From Tubiluchus corallicola (lineage: Eukaryota; Animalia; Priapulida), in assembly GCA_030141605.1 (NCBI GenBank), contig JAQGDQ010000253.1, forward strand, positions 204,911 to 268,910: DNA of 64,000 bases, in the 5' to 3' direction. This document shows positions 25,036-36,900 of the stretch, one piece after another; position 1 is the stretch's first letter, and every line of letters starts with the position of its first letter. Below the pieces are notes generated by a model. The model was given only the letters and a program-made list of their open reading frames with translations, ran no database searches and was not told where the DNA came from. A program made the translations under genes and the position numbers.

Positions 25036-27594
25036 ATGCCTTTACAAGAAGTGCAAAAGGCAATGCTGAAACTTGCTTATGTACCGACTTCTATGAAGCT
25101 GAGCTGTCCCGTGAAAAAATTCACTCCTTTCAAGAAATGCAAGGAAGCCGCACTTGGTCGATACCAACAGAAAGCTGTAACAGCTATAAAGTCAGCTCCA
25201 AAGCTAGAGCCACTACAGCAACAGTTACCATATCGGCCAATTCTACAACGCATTATCACATGGTCACGAGATACAGTAGCAGCGCGATGTCGCCGTCGAG
25301 CAGCTGAAACTTTTAAAACTGGTCAGAGTGTATTGGTTCCTGCATTTGGACTTGCTGGTTTAGCTCTAGTATCTAGTTCAGAAGACGAATCTATCCAACC
25401 CGACGTAAATACAAAAAATGGTGATTTACTTTGGAACCAGTTTACGGCTAAGTACACAAGTACTGACTGTGAAGTCGGTTTAAATGCAATCAGCAGCTGT
25501 CTGAAAGATTATGAGTTTGGTGAATACATCGCTAAAGGTTGTAATGGTGCTGTTTATGCGGCAAGACTTCGAGAGAATTCAAAAGTAGAGTCCCTAAATT
25601 GTCCGACTACTGAGACCCCTGGTGTGGTTGATGACTGTGATGTCAGTTCTTCTGAGTTCAGCTTTGATGTTCTAAGCGAGGAAGCCTTGTCATCTGAAGA
25701 CAGCTTTACAGTCATTTCTAGTGGAAGTAGTACAAAGCTGGATGAGGATGTCACCTATGACAATATGGCGATCAAAGTTGTTTTTAATTACAGCTATGAT
25801 ACAGAGGAATCTGATGCAGCAGTGGTACAGTGCAAACACCTGCAAAGAGAGGCTGTCCCAGCAAAGGCTGTGTTTGCTTTTGGAGAAATGGCACCATGGG
25901 AAAACGGAAGCAGAGTGAAGAAGAAAACACTGCCTGCTCACTTGAACATTGTTGATATGCCATGTGTGATGTACGGACAGTGGCCTGAAGAGCTACTACC
26001 AACTGGACTAGAAGAGTATCCTGAGGCACTTCCACCTCTGCTGAATCCAGGCAGTGGATTCGGGCAACAGTCAACTTTATTTCTGGTGATGAAACGGTAT
26101 CCGATTACATTAAGGCAGTACTTGGAGTCTTCAAATCCTTCTCCATATATTAGACTGCTTTTGAATTCTCTCGAAGTCGGTTTAAATGCAATCAGCAGCT
26201 GTCTGAAAGATTATGAGTTTGGTGAATACATCGCTAAAGGCTGTAATGGTGCTGTTTATGCGGCGAGACTTCGAGAGAATTCAAAAGTAGAGTCCCTAAA
26301 TTGTCCGGCTACTGAGACCTCTGGTGTGGTTGATGACTGTGATGTCAGTTCTTCTGAGTTCAGCTTTGATGTTCTAAGCGAGGAAGCCTTGTCATCTGAA
26401 GACAGCTTTACAGTCATTTCTAGTGGAAGTAGTACAAAGCTGGATGAGGATATCACCTATGACAATATGGCGATCAAAGTTGTTTTTAATTACAGCTATG
26501 ATACAGAGGAATCTGATGCAGCAGTGGTACAGTGCAAACACCTGCAAAGAGAGGCTGTCCCAGCAAAGGCTGTGTTTGCTTTTGGAGAAATGGCACCATG
26601 GGAAAACGGAAGCAGAGTGAAGAAGAAAACACTGCCTGCTCACTTGAACATTGTTGATATGCCATGTGTGATGTACGGACAGTGGCCTGAAGAGCTACTA
26701 CCAACTGGACTAGAAGAGTATCCTGAGGCACTTCCACCTCTGCTGAATCCAGGCAGTGGATTTGGGCAACAGTCAACTTTATTTCTGGTGATGAAACGGT
26801 ATCCGATTACATTAAGGCAGTACTTGGAGTCTTCAAATCCTTCTCCATATATTAGACTGCTTTTGTTTGCACAGCTTGTAGAAGGGATAACACACCTGTA
26901 TCATAATGGCCTTGCACACAGAGATATCAAGTCTGACAATATCTTATTGGATTTCAATAATGATGATTCTCCTAGAGTTGCTATTGGCGATTTTGGCTGC
27001 TGTGGCTGGCTGGAAGAAGAACCAGTTGTAGTTGGTAATCGTAACTTAATGGCACCTGAAATTGCTAAGGGATTAATCTCACAGACTAAAGTTAAAGACT
27101 ATTCAAAAGCTGACCTTTGGGCTGCAGGCACATTAGCATATGAAATTTTTGGAACTTCTGCTGAAAACCCCTTTTACCAACAGCTTGACAGCATCAGTTA
27201 CTGCAGTGACCAGCTGCCAAAGCTAAAAACTCGTTTGGATTACAGGAAAGGCAAAATTGTGGAGCGATTAGTCTTGAAGATGCTAAATGAGAATCCAGCC
27301 AAAAGACCTTCGCCAGATGTTGTTGCAACAATTCTTGCCATTTTGCTTTGGGCCCCAGTGTCTTGGTGGCACTCCCGCACTCTGCATGTTCCTACTGTAT
27401 CTGACCTTGGGTCATGGCAAGAAATCTTAACCTGTCTTTGCCACCAGTTTGCTTCTTTTCCAGACATCAATAAATGGCAGCTCTGTACTACTGAGTATCA
27501 ACTTCTTCTGTCTTTTCTTAATAGGTTTAGACTTTGTTTTGTCCAGTCTGCTATAAATGATTTGCAAACATATGTCAAACTTATGACCCATTAA
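25036..27594 (+). CDS. PINK1: PTEN-induced kinase 1 (mitochondrial ubiquitin kinase), intronless, 852 aa, with duplicated N-lobe
   Basis: Basic N-terminal presequence-like region and TM-like VLVPAFGLAGLALV. PINK1-type motifs: IAKGCNGAVYAA, AIKVVFNY, REAVPA, YPEALPPLLNPGSGFG..TLFLVMKRYPITLRQYL, HRDIKSDNIL, DFGCC, LMAPEI, DYSKADLWAAGTLAYEIFG..NPFY, and a C-terminal extension LLWAP. AATAAA at 27951. Confidence 0.96.
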   Translation: MPLQEVQKAMLKLAYVPTSMKLSCPVKKFTPFKKCKEAALGRYQQKAVTAIKSAPKLEPLQQQLPYRPILQRIITWSRDTVAARCRRRAAETFKTGQSVLVPAFGLAGLALVSSSEDESIQPDVNTKNGDLLWNQFTAKYTSTDCEVGLNAISSCLKDYEFGEYIAKGCNGAVYAARLRENSKVESLNCPTTETPGVVDDCDVSSSEFSFDVLSEEALSSEDSFTVISSGSSTKLDEDVTYDNMAIKVVFNYSYDTEESDAAVVQCKHLQREAVPAKAVFAFGEMAPWENGSRVKKKTLPAHLNIVDMPCVMYGQWPEELLPTGLEEYPEALPPLLNPGSGFGQQSTLFLVMKRYPITLRQYLESSNPSPYIRLLLNSLEVGLNAISSCLKDYEFGEYIAKGCNGAVYAARLRENSKVESLNCPATETSGVVDDCDVSSSEFSFDVLSEEALSSEDSFTVISSGSSTKLDEDITYDNMAIKVVFNYSYDTEESDAAVVQCKHLQREAVPAKAVFAFGEMAPWENGSRVKKKTLPAHLNIVDMPCVMYGQWPEELLPTGLEEYPEALPPLLNPGSGFGQQSTLFLVMKRYPITLRQYLESSNPSPYIRLLLFAQLVEGITHLYHNGLAHRDIKSDNILLDFNNDDSPRVAIGDFGCCGWLEEEPVVVGNRNLMAPEIAKGLISQTKVKDYSKADLWAAGTLAYEIFGTSAENPFYQQLDSISYCSDQLPKLKTRLDYRKGKIVERLVLKMLNENPAKRPSPDVVATILAILLWAPVSWWHSRTLHVPTVSDLGSWQEILTCLCHQFASFPDINKWQLCTTEYQLLLSFLNRFRLCFVQSAINDLQTYVKLMTH
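25471..26865 (+). repeat. In-frame tandem duplication within PINK1: 25471-26163 and 26173-26865, 9-nt spacer, period 702 bp
   Basis: Two 693-bp copies. Six substitutions were found by eye: three silent, plus T>A, P>S and V>I. Confidence 0.97.
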
Positions 27595-29449
27595 ATTTTG
27601 AGACATTTTAGATGCAAAGTTGGTTTTCACTTTTATGGGTTAAAAGTACTTTATTGGAGAAGCTTTTAGTAAGCTTATGGGTATACTATAGTGGTTAGTT
27701 TAGAATTTTCTAATCAGCTGATTTTAGCAAAAGAGCAAAGTGACAGTAAAGCTATGTTGCATATCATAATTATAAAGGCTGAGAATTGAAATGACAGTTG
27801 TTATTTTAACTTTGCAGAAAAATCATTTGTTTGTTATGTGCAGTTTTAATTAATGTATATATACGTAGTTTAAAATAATTATTAAGCTTTTTGCATAGAC
27901 AAACCATATAGCGTGTTGCATTCACTAGCCATTTATTGTAATCGATTTACAATAAAAATGTGTTACTTTGTATGCAGTTACTGTTATCTGCTTTTCATTA
28001 ATGAGTATTTCATAACAGCAGCAGACTTTAGTCCGTGCTTGTAACACTTTGTGAAGGGATGATGGATGGGATAATGTACAAAAATGGCAGATGTACTAAG
28101 GGTAATTATGGATTTGAATAATCTTTATCCTTAACACATTTGAGACAGCATGGATCACCACGATTTAGCTGCGATTTCAATGCACAATTTTTAAACCAAT
28201 TACATGTACTACTGTTTTTCATCATCGTATGCCCATTACGTCCGTTGTAGAAGTTGGGCAGGCAGACTTCCAAAATAACAGAAAACCACCCTCAAGACAG
28301 GTGAACACAGCAGTAATCCAGTAAAAGTACTATGCCAGTGTTTTTACTAAGACAATGACACAAATCAAACAATATGCATCGATCTTTGCAAGAGTACTTT
28401 TCACTAGTGACTGGAAAATCTTTAAAAGTGAATTCAAATTCAATTCAGACTCGAGATCTTAAAACTTGGTTTAATTTGAATTCAAAAGTCAAAAATTAGA
28501 TTTGGTTCGAATTCATATTCTCTAATTACTCAACCTTAATACTTAATATGCAAACAATTTAAGAGGACAATTATTATGAACTTTATATAAAGTTACTTTT
28601 TTCAATTTGTAATGCACAGCACCAAATTTTTCCCTTTATTTTAATTGGTTTTCAAAAAAAAGAAAGTTGTGTAATTATTATAGCATGCATTAAGATTGGC
28701 GGAAAGACCAAGCCTTGCCAGAATTAGACTTATTTCAACATTGTCGAAAAATGCTAGAATGGTAATAAAAGTGTAATAATTCGTGTTAGTAAAAGCATTT
28801 CAAAATTGCGATCACTTCACGCTTGGTCCACCCCCATTTTGAATTCCTACTCAAACCAATGGCACCATTCATCAAGAAAAGCAGTACACTACCAGTTTCT
28901 ATGAAAAGCAAAAAAAATTTACAAAAAATTAGATAGCTGATTTCATGATATTTTTGCATAAACATTGGGTACTGAAACTGCACAAGTTTGATTTAATTTA
29001 AACAGCCAGCACAGTGATGCTCTTACGAAAATTCACTAAGTCTACCAACTATAGGTCATAATTCTCGAGTGAATTGCACCTACCACCATGCCTACCGTGG
29101 TGGCGCAAAGTAACTTTATTGCTTTATGGACAGTTTTAGTGCAAATTTCCTTGTTCTATTTTTCTAACAGGTTTCTTGTATAAGCCATCTTCACTATTAA
29201 TTGACTTAAAGCGAGCACAGAAAGATAAATATTTTTGGTAATTGGCTCAATCAATAAAGTTTCTTGAATAGCAAAAAATTTCATGATACATCATATTTCA
29301 GGAATCAGTGTTCGTTAAAAATCATTATCAAAGTCCCCGAGTTAATGCTGCCCGTTCGTAATGCAGGAAATTCTAACTGGCTTCAGCAATTTTAATTATA
29401 TTAGCAACATTTAGCAATATTAAAATATATTAGCACCGTAGCAGCAAAG

Positions 29450-29720
29450 TTTTTATATATTAGATGGCCAAAGAAAATTTCAAACAAAGGTCTATAGGAA
29501 AAAATAAAAGAAGAATCTTGGACAAGAAAAATAAGTAGATGCCGTTTCAGACGGATTGGGCATATGCTTAGACTACCTGATGATATTCCAGTGATGACAG
29601 CTCTTCAACAAGCCATAGAACCAGCTAAAAAACCTGCAGGAGGACAAATGTTAACATACTTAGATTTTGCACAGAAAGATTTAAACACTTCAGCATTGAT
29701 CCTTAGAAGACATAGACATA
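29450..29720 (+). mobile_element. Degenerate RTE-like LINE ORF2 C-terminal fragment
   Basis: WTRKISRCRFRRIGHMLRLPDDIPVMTALQQA..PAKKPAGGQ.LTY....QKDL resembles the RTE-type RRLRWxGHVxRM...GRP..TW C-terminus. Confidence 0.65.
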
Positions 29721-29769
29721 GACATTTTTATTTATCTCCTCATTTACACCATAGTATACAAATTCACTA

Positions 29770-30960
29770 TTATTTTTATAGTTATTGATTAAAAAGGATA
29801 AATTAAACATAAAGGAAAGAGTTAGGGGGTGCAAGAGAAAGGGTAGCGAAAGACCAATTGGTCTCAGGTTAGTGTAAATTTTAAAAAATTTGTAGTGCTG
29901 CTGTTAACAAGAATTTATGGGGGAATACATTAAACATGAAAGCGAAATAACTAAATAAACAAAGAAATAAAATGAAAAATATGAAATGATGATTAACAAA
30001 ATGTAGAGCATTTAACTAATCGATTAAAACATGAAAACTAGAAACAAGTCAAACCAAAAAAAAACATAAATAATAAATCAGTGAATGAAACAAAATATGC
30101 ATGATAAACTCAAACAAAATATAATGAAACAAAGATATGCAACCGTATCAAATTATGCTAAGCGTAATGATAAAATACTATGGAATGCAAGAGCTAGTGC
30201 AGAAAAGTTGGGTAAACAAAATATGTAGTGAAATTTGAGTATGTGACTAGATAGACAATATGGCTCAAAAAATATAATAAAACTTAATGATAACTGTGAA
30301 ACAATGAGCAAAATAATCATAATAAAGTCGATATATATATATGAAGTGAGAAAAGCATAATATGGAAGTAAAAACATAAGTGGAGCAGGCAAAATTATAA
30401 GAAATTATGTATGAGAAAAAGTGTTGTAGCTGCTGGATTTGTTTGAACATTATTGCTTACCTTCCCTTTTCATAGCTGCGAAGAAATAATACACTTTGAT
30501 GAGAAAAAGTACTATGATAATATAATTATAGTTAATAGATTAGCTCAAGGGGAATACATTAACACTAACAGAGAAGATTTATCAGATTTGATCTTAGCAG
30601 AAAAGTCACTCATAGTAGTTAGAAATAAGAAAGGATTTATAGTTAATTATCAAATAACTAAAGCTGCCATTTTTTTGTTCATTAGAAAGACTGTTCCACA
30701 ACAAAGCACCTTGATAAGATAGAGATCTTTGCCCTTTGTTAGTATTAAATCTTTGTATATAGACAGTTTGGTTAGTGGCAAATCATGTATGATACTCGTG
30801 CATCTGGGCTACGGATGTGAAGTAATTCTGAAAAATTTCAGGAAGCATATTATGTTTAAACCTATATAAAAATTTGGCCATCTCTAATTTATATATATCC
30901 TGAAGTTTTAAGATTTTATGCTGATGATGTAGAAATAAATCCACTTGGGCATTGCAGCGT
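29770..30960 (-). mobile_element. 5'-truncated LINE (CR1/L2-group-like ORF2 end plus long T-rich 3' UTR)
   Basis: KILKLQDIYKLEMAKFLYRFKHNMLPEIFQNYF....MHEYHT*...NTNKGQRSLSYQGALLWNSL, with an internal stop. Confidence 0.75.
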
Positions 30961-32091
30961 GTAGGGAGTCCTGGCATAGAGAGGTGAGCAGAATCATGTC
31001 CATCATCATCATATCATACGCCCGTCCCGTCTATTGTAGACATTGGGCAGGCAGAATTCTAAAATAAAAGAAATAATCTGCGTTTACCTGTCTAAGGCAG
31101 AAATCATGTCCCTGGACGTGTGATTCATAGAAGGAGGAAAAGAAGAAGAAGAAAGAAACAAAGTTTTTTGGTAGCAGTACTTCTCTTAAAGATTTCGCTT
31201 ATTGTGCTGAACGTCATTGTTTACATTTGTTCTGACTCTTGATACTCTCTCGTTTTTTCTTTTTCTTATTTACGTTTACATACAAAGTTTTATTTAGTTG
31301 AGTGTTTTATTGTGAGATTGATATTATTAGTGTTAATGAATTTAGTTTTTGTAGTTTATATCATTTAGTTTTGAATTAAGTGTTTAATGTATTTTGTTAT
31401 CGGACATTGTATACTTGTGAAAGTAACTACCAAGTAATAAGACTGTTGCTTTATTTAGCATGGGCAGTTTATAAATTTTCGTCAAAATCGCAAACGTAGC
31501 GTTTTTTGTGCGTACACTTATTGGTTTATATATATATTTATATATAATTATCGATATATTTGTACAAATAAAGATGAAGGTCCAATAACACTTAAAACAA
31601 TTTTACTTGAACTACAGCAAGTCCTTGCTTGACGACTTTCTGTTTAGCGATGTCTCGTTTTAACGACGCTTTTAAGTTTTGGTAAGAAAGATAGGTGGTT
31701 CTAAGCAAGCAGCAAGAAATATGAGTATAACTAACACATCTTTTAATTTATATGAATTAAGCAGCATAGATTTTTGCTTCTGGAATGTATCTCATTTCTT
31801 TTATTTACTTTCTATATCAGTCTTGTCTCATTTAATGAGCTTTTGCTTAGCATCGCATTTTGCTATAATGCAATAGCATTGTTAAGCGAGGACTTACTGT
31901 ATCGCTTTTGTGAGCACTTTGTTTGTTCTATTGTTTGTAATCAGTATTTGTTTCTACAGTTTTATACAGATCTGAAGATCATTTCCTCATGGCAAAGTTT
32001 TAGGAACTGCAAGCGCAAAGTATACTGTGATGCCGTTCTGCAAAGATTATATTTGATCAGTTAAATTTAGTCTCAGCGTAACTGCGATCAT

Positions 32092-33855
32092 ATGGTAATA
32101 GAAACATTGCCACTTAGTCAACCTGTGTCCCAGGACAAAGTTCGTTTTGTTTGCATTTCTGACACCCATAGCCTTTATTTTACATTAAAAGGACATGTTC
32201 CACCTGGCGATGTTCTTATACATGCTGGGGACCTGACAAGAATAGGAGACTTGCGGGAAATACTTACATTAAACAATTTTTTAGGTACGTGAATAAGAAA
32301 ATAAATTTTAAGTCTGCAGTTCACAATGAAAATAAAGGAAGACAGGATGATTTTTCCTATACTACCTTCATGTACAGTAAAAAGTATACATTCTAACACC
32401 AATAGTACTGCAAAAGTGTTTCTGATAATTATATAATGGACTAAAATCTTAATTAACGGCCATGCGAGCCCAACTATTGATGACATCACAAACTAACATA
32501 ATTTTCAAAAGCAAAAATATTCCACGAGCATGTTGCACGTGTTTACAAAAGCAAAAGTTGAAATACAGTGCTACTGCAAGAGATTCAGTGCATTGTAATA
32601 AAACTCGGTAAGTTTTAAGATAAAGATTCAAATTTCAAATTTGCTGCTGTACTCACACATGAGCTGTCGAGCATGTGCAGTATGTCACAAATGAACACCT
32701 TTGAACTGAGAGGTACAGAACCTGTCTTTCGTGAACGCGTTTTCTAGCGAATGGCGAAGAACTAGTGGCGCAAATACAAAATTTTGCATTTGTATGGTAA
32801 TAATTGTTTCGCGTAAGTCATTTTTGGAAAAACGTGTTTTGTTTCAACATTTTAAAGAGTAGATTGTTCGGACCTGCAGTTTAAGATTGTTTCCAGTTTT
32901 GCTTTAAGTTTATTTGAAAATGTAAGTTATTTAGTTGCAAAATATGACTGCAATGTAATTGTGCTGCAGTAAGCTGTGATTTAACGTGTACATAGTCTGA
33001 GCCATTGAAACATGCTTGCTTGCGCTGGGCTGATTTACAAACAATGTTTAAGAAAACTAACTCCACATGTACAAATGTAATTGTTGAACTAATAGAGGCT
33101 AGTGTAATTTTCAATGATTCTACTGCTTTTATATGGTTAAGATATAAAACAACTGCTGTCGTAATTGTAGCATGCTCAGATTCAATTTCAATTTCGTTTT
33201 GCTTAGCTTGATTTACGGCATTTATAGTCTTTTCCTAACTGTGTGGTAACAGGACAGATAATATTATGTGTTTCCAAGTGTACAGTACGCTGTATTGGCC
33301 TCTCATTTGTTTATTTGCTAATTTACTTCATATTTGCATGGGGCAGCATGACTTAAGTTAGGCATGTTTGTGGTAATGACTAAAATAACTCGCTAATGTC
33401 TAGGATTCACCAGACACAGTTACTAGATATGGATCGGATCCAGATTTACGTAGAATAACTGTTATGTACTTGCAATATATTAGTCTTCAAGAACTAAAAA
33501 GATGTGATTTTAAAACATCTAGAAAAGCACCAAGTTTGATAGTTATAAATGTGCACAGAGACCAAGCAAATATTCAAAACTGCTGAATTTAATGTAACAA
33601 AAAGTAATGTTTAGCCACTAGTCAGTAGCCACAGACCATTCTACCTAGCACAGCACAAAAACTGTTACTATTTGGATTCCTCATACAGTCGAAAATCCGA
33701 TAAATGCGGACCCGGTCAGAATAGAAATTTTTAATTTTTACTAATTTTAGAAAAGTCTAGACCTGGTGCATCCCTAGCTAATTTCAAAGACCAATAAGCA
33801 TATACCAGACAACATTCTAACACACTGTCTGGCCATTTGACAGTCTTGGTTCTTG

Positions 33856-33906
<51 letters not shown>

Positions 33907-36900
33907 GGCAAATGCCCTTTGCAATGTAGTCACAAACTATATTGACTAGACCTGTGATATAGATTATGCAGTATATGTATGTCTTCAAATAGTATGCCTT
34001 CAAAATTATATATATTTGAAGTTTACCGTTTTGCATGCTTAGTATAACACCTATATATGGGAGATTTTGCAGCAATCATTTTGTTTCATTTTTATTAGAT
34101 TCTTTACCTCACCCATATAAAGTATTAATAGCAGGAAATCATGACTACTGCTTTGAAGACAACTTTGTGCCAGGGTTATCAGACATCACCGTTTTACAAC
34201 AGGTATGTACTGTGTGATGGTAATCACGTTGGTAAAATTCTAATTTTGGGCATTCGTCAAAGATGGTTATTTTAGAAGGCTGATCCTATGGCAAAAAATT
34301 ACTTTTATAGTGGGTATAGTAGTTTCTAGTATTATGGCTCCATATATATATATATATATATATATACATACATACAGTAGGCGCATTCAAAGCAAAACTG
34401 CTACGCTAGCGTATTAGTGCATGATAAACGTACCTGCTTACAAACAAAACGGCACTTAAGATGATTGTTTGTACCTGTACAATAGCGCACAAAAGGGAAG
34501 TAGAAATGACATGAGTAGGAAAGGCTCTTTGGGCACATACAAATGTCTTATTTTAAGCATGTGAAGGAAAAATATTGAGTCAATTATGCGGAGTTATTTG
34601 AGTCAATTACCGACAGTTTTAATGTAGATTTAAATAGAAGCATACCAAGTGTTTTTGAGTCAATTAAGCGATTGAATCTATTAACCGTGAGTCTATTAGT
34701 CGGCGCCGACTGCATATATATCAGGCAATTTGATATGTATAAGGCCAACTTGATATGTAACACATTAATAATAGTAATTCTTTCAGGCAGCAATGACAGC
34801 AAAAGCTTTTAATAATTTTTTCTTACCAGTATCACTAGTACATAGAATTTGTAATCAACTATATCTGGTGCCTATTAATTTTTATGCAAAATTAATACTT
34901 TTTTCTTGCTTCTATCTATAGTATGGTGTAACTAATCCAAAAGAGTTGTTGACATCCCCTGGAGTCATTTATTTACAAGACACCCACACGGAAATTCTAG
35001 GGCTGAAGGTCTACGGGTCACCATGGCAACCAACTTACTGTAGCTGGAGTTTCAACTTAGACAGGGGTAGCGAAATAAGAGAAAAATGGGACCTGATACC
35101 CAGTGGTATTGACGTTCTAGTGACACATGGTCCGCCAGCAGGTTTGTTGCAAATTTGCAAATAATTTGCATTTAAAAAACAGTTTGTGAACAAGTCACTC
35201 CGCTTCTCTCACTCTTTTTGGGATGTATGAATGTAGGAAAAACTTATGAATGAGTGCCACTATGGTATCTATATATTAATTCTGCTGGTATGTTATATAT
35301 GAGATTCGAGGCTACAGCTTGGACGAAGGCACCATTTGCGATTTTTTTCGAAATTTTGATCAAACAGCATGTTGAAAAAACGTCATAGCGGCGCCTGGTG
35401 GGACTCTCGAAAAGAGATATATAGCTCTTTAGAAAGAGCAAGAACAGGGCTACACGATGATGTGGGCTGCATTTTAGGACACGTCCACTGAGAGGAGTAT
35501 CGGCGAGTTAATTAGATGTTCTATTTTCCGCAATTTTCGCTTGGAAAACTGCTGATGCAAAGCCATTGTTCTGATGTCATCCATTATACTCTGTCTATAA
35601 CCTTATAACTTTAATTCAGTAAAAAGCTGCTGCGGCTGACTTTGCGTTGTAAATGAAGACTACGTAGGATGTTCGCGTATTTTTGATTATAAGTGTATTT
35701 ATACGCAATTTTTTTGCGGGGCCTTTGCTAGTTTTACCATTAATTTACCACACATATTTGTTGTAGGTCATGGCGATTTTGCTTTTTGTGGAAGAAATGT
35801 TGGCTGTGAAGATTTACTGGATGTTGTACAGCAAAGGGTCAAACCAAAAGTGCATGTTTTTGGTCACATTCATGAAGGTATATATAATCAAATAATTATC
35901 TTGCAGTAGGATTGATTCCCTCCTGATTTTACATGCACAAGAAATACATGATTGTTTAACCCTTATAGGGTCACGATTTTTTTACAACCGATTTTGGTAA
36001 CCGGGGCATAAAAAATTACCCCCACCATAATTCGTAAATTACTTTTGATAAACCGCCGTGTTTCATTAGTAAACAGCAACAGCATAATTTGTGGTTATGC
36101 TGACCACCGTAGGATACTTTATACCTCTGCTTAAAGACATGTGACTTACTAGTAATACGAAATTTAAATTCACTTAGTTACGTTCCCTTATCTATGCTGG
36201 AATAACTGTAGACAACCGACATTGCTAGCGCGTGTGCAAAAATCATTGTTATTTTGAATTTATTGTCTAGTTCTACGTCAGCATACAGACGTCTGACATT
36301 TTGTTTTATCAGATACATCGCCTGTATAATGTATAGACAAGCGAAGTAAAGTTTCGACAATTTTAAAAAATCGACATATTGCATTCTCACTTTTATTTCG
36401 TGGTGAGACAATGTGCCTAAAATAAATAACTGAAAGTATTTTGTGCACAAAACATATTTAGAAAAAGTCATAGAAAAGGTTTACTGGGATGCGTATGGTA
36501 AAAGGGTAAAATGCAAAAATTCCAGTCCGTGGGTAATTTTTTACCTCCCGGTGACCCTACAAGGGTTAAACTTCAGCTAATGAGTGCATGGCTCCGAGAC
36601 AAAACCGTCCAGCAGTTAGTTCACGTAGTATACAAATTATATCGAGAGCCTTCAAGTACCAAAAAAATCGAAAATAGGTTCTAATACGAAAATGTTAAAT
36701 TTGTGCATATTATGCACTAAATATATTAAAAATTTATGTTCCAATTTACATTCCTTGGTCATCTTTTACAGTTCTAAAACTTTAATTTTCTAACCAACAT
36801 GTACAGGAAAATGCTTAATTTGCAGTTATGCTTTCGTTACTGTGCACAAACCAAAATATAGTCATGCATAAGAAAATAAGAAACAACCGAATTTTATAGT

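Noticed and set aside
25077-27630. Short alternative-frame and antisense ORFs appearing in pairs within PINK1
   Set aside because: They are by-products of the PINK1 CDS and its 702-bp duplication.
31650-31681. Candidate first coding exon for MPPED (MSRFNDAFKF, donor gtaag)
   Set aside because: It ends in phase 2, and the downstream acceptors tested give a stop or the wrong frame. More likely a 5' UTR exon or uORF.
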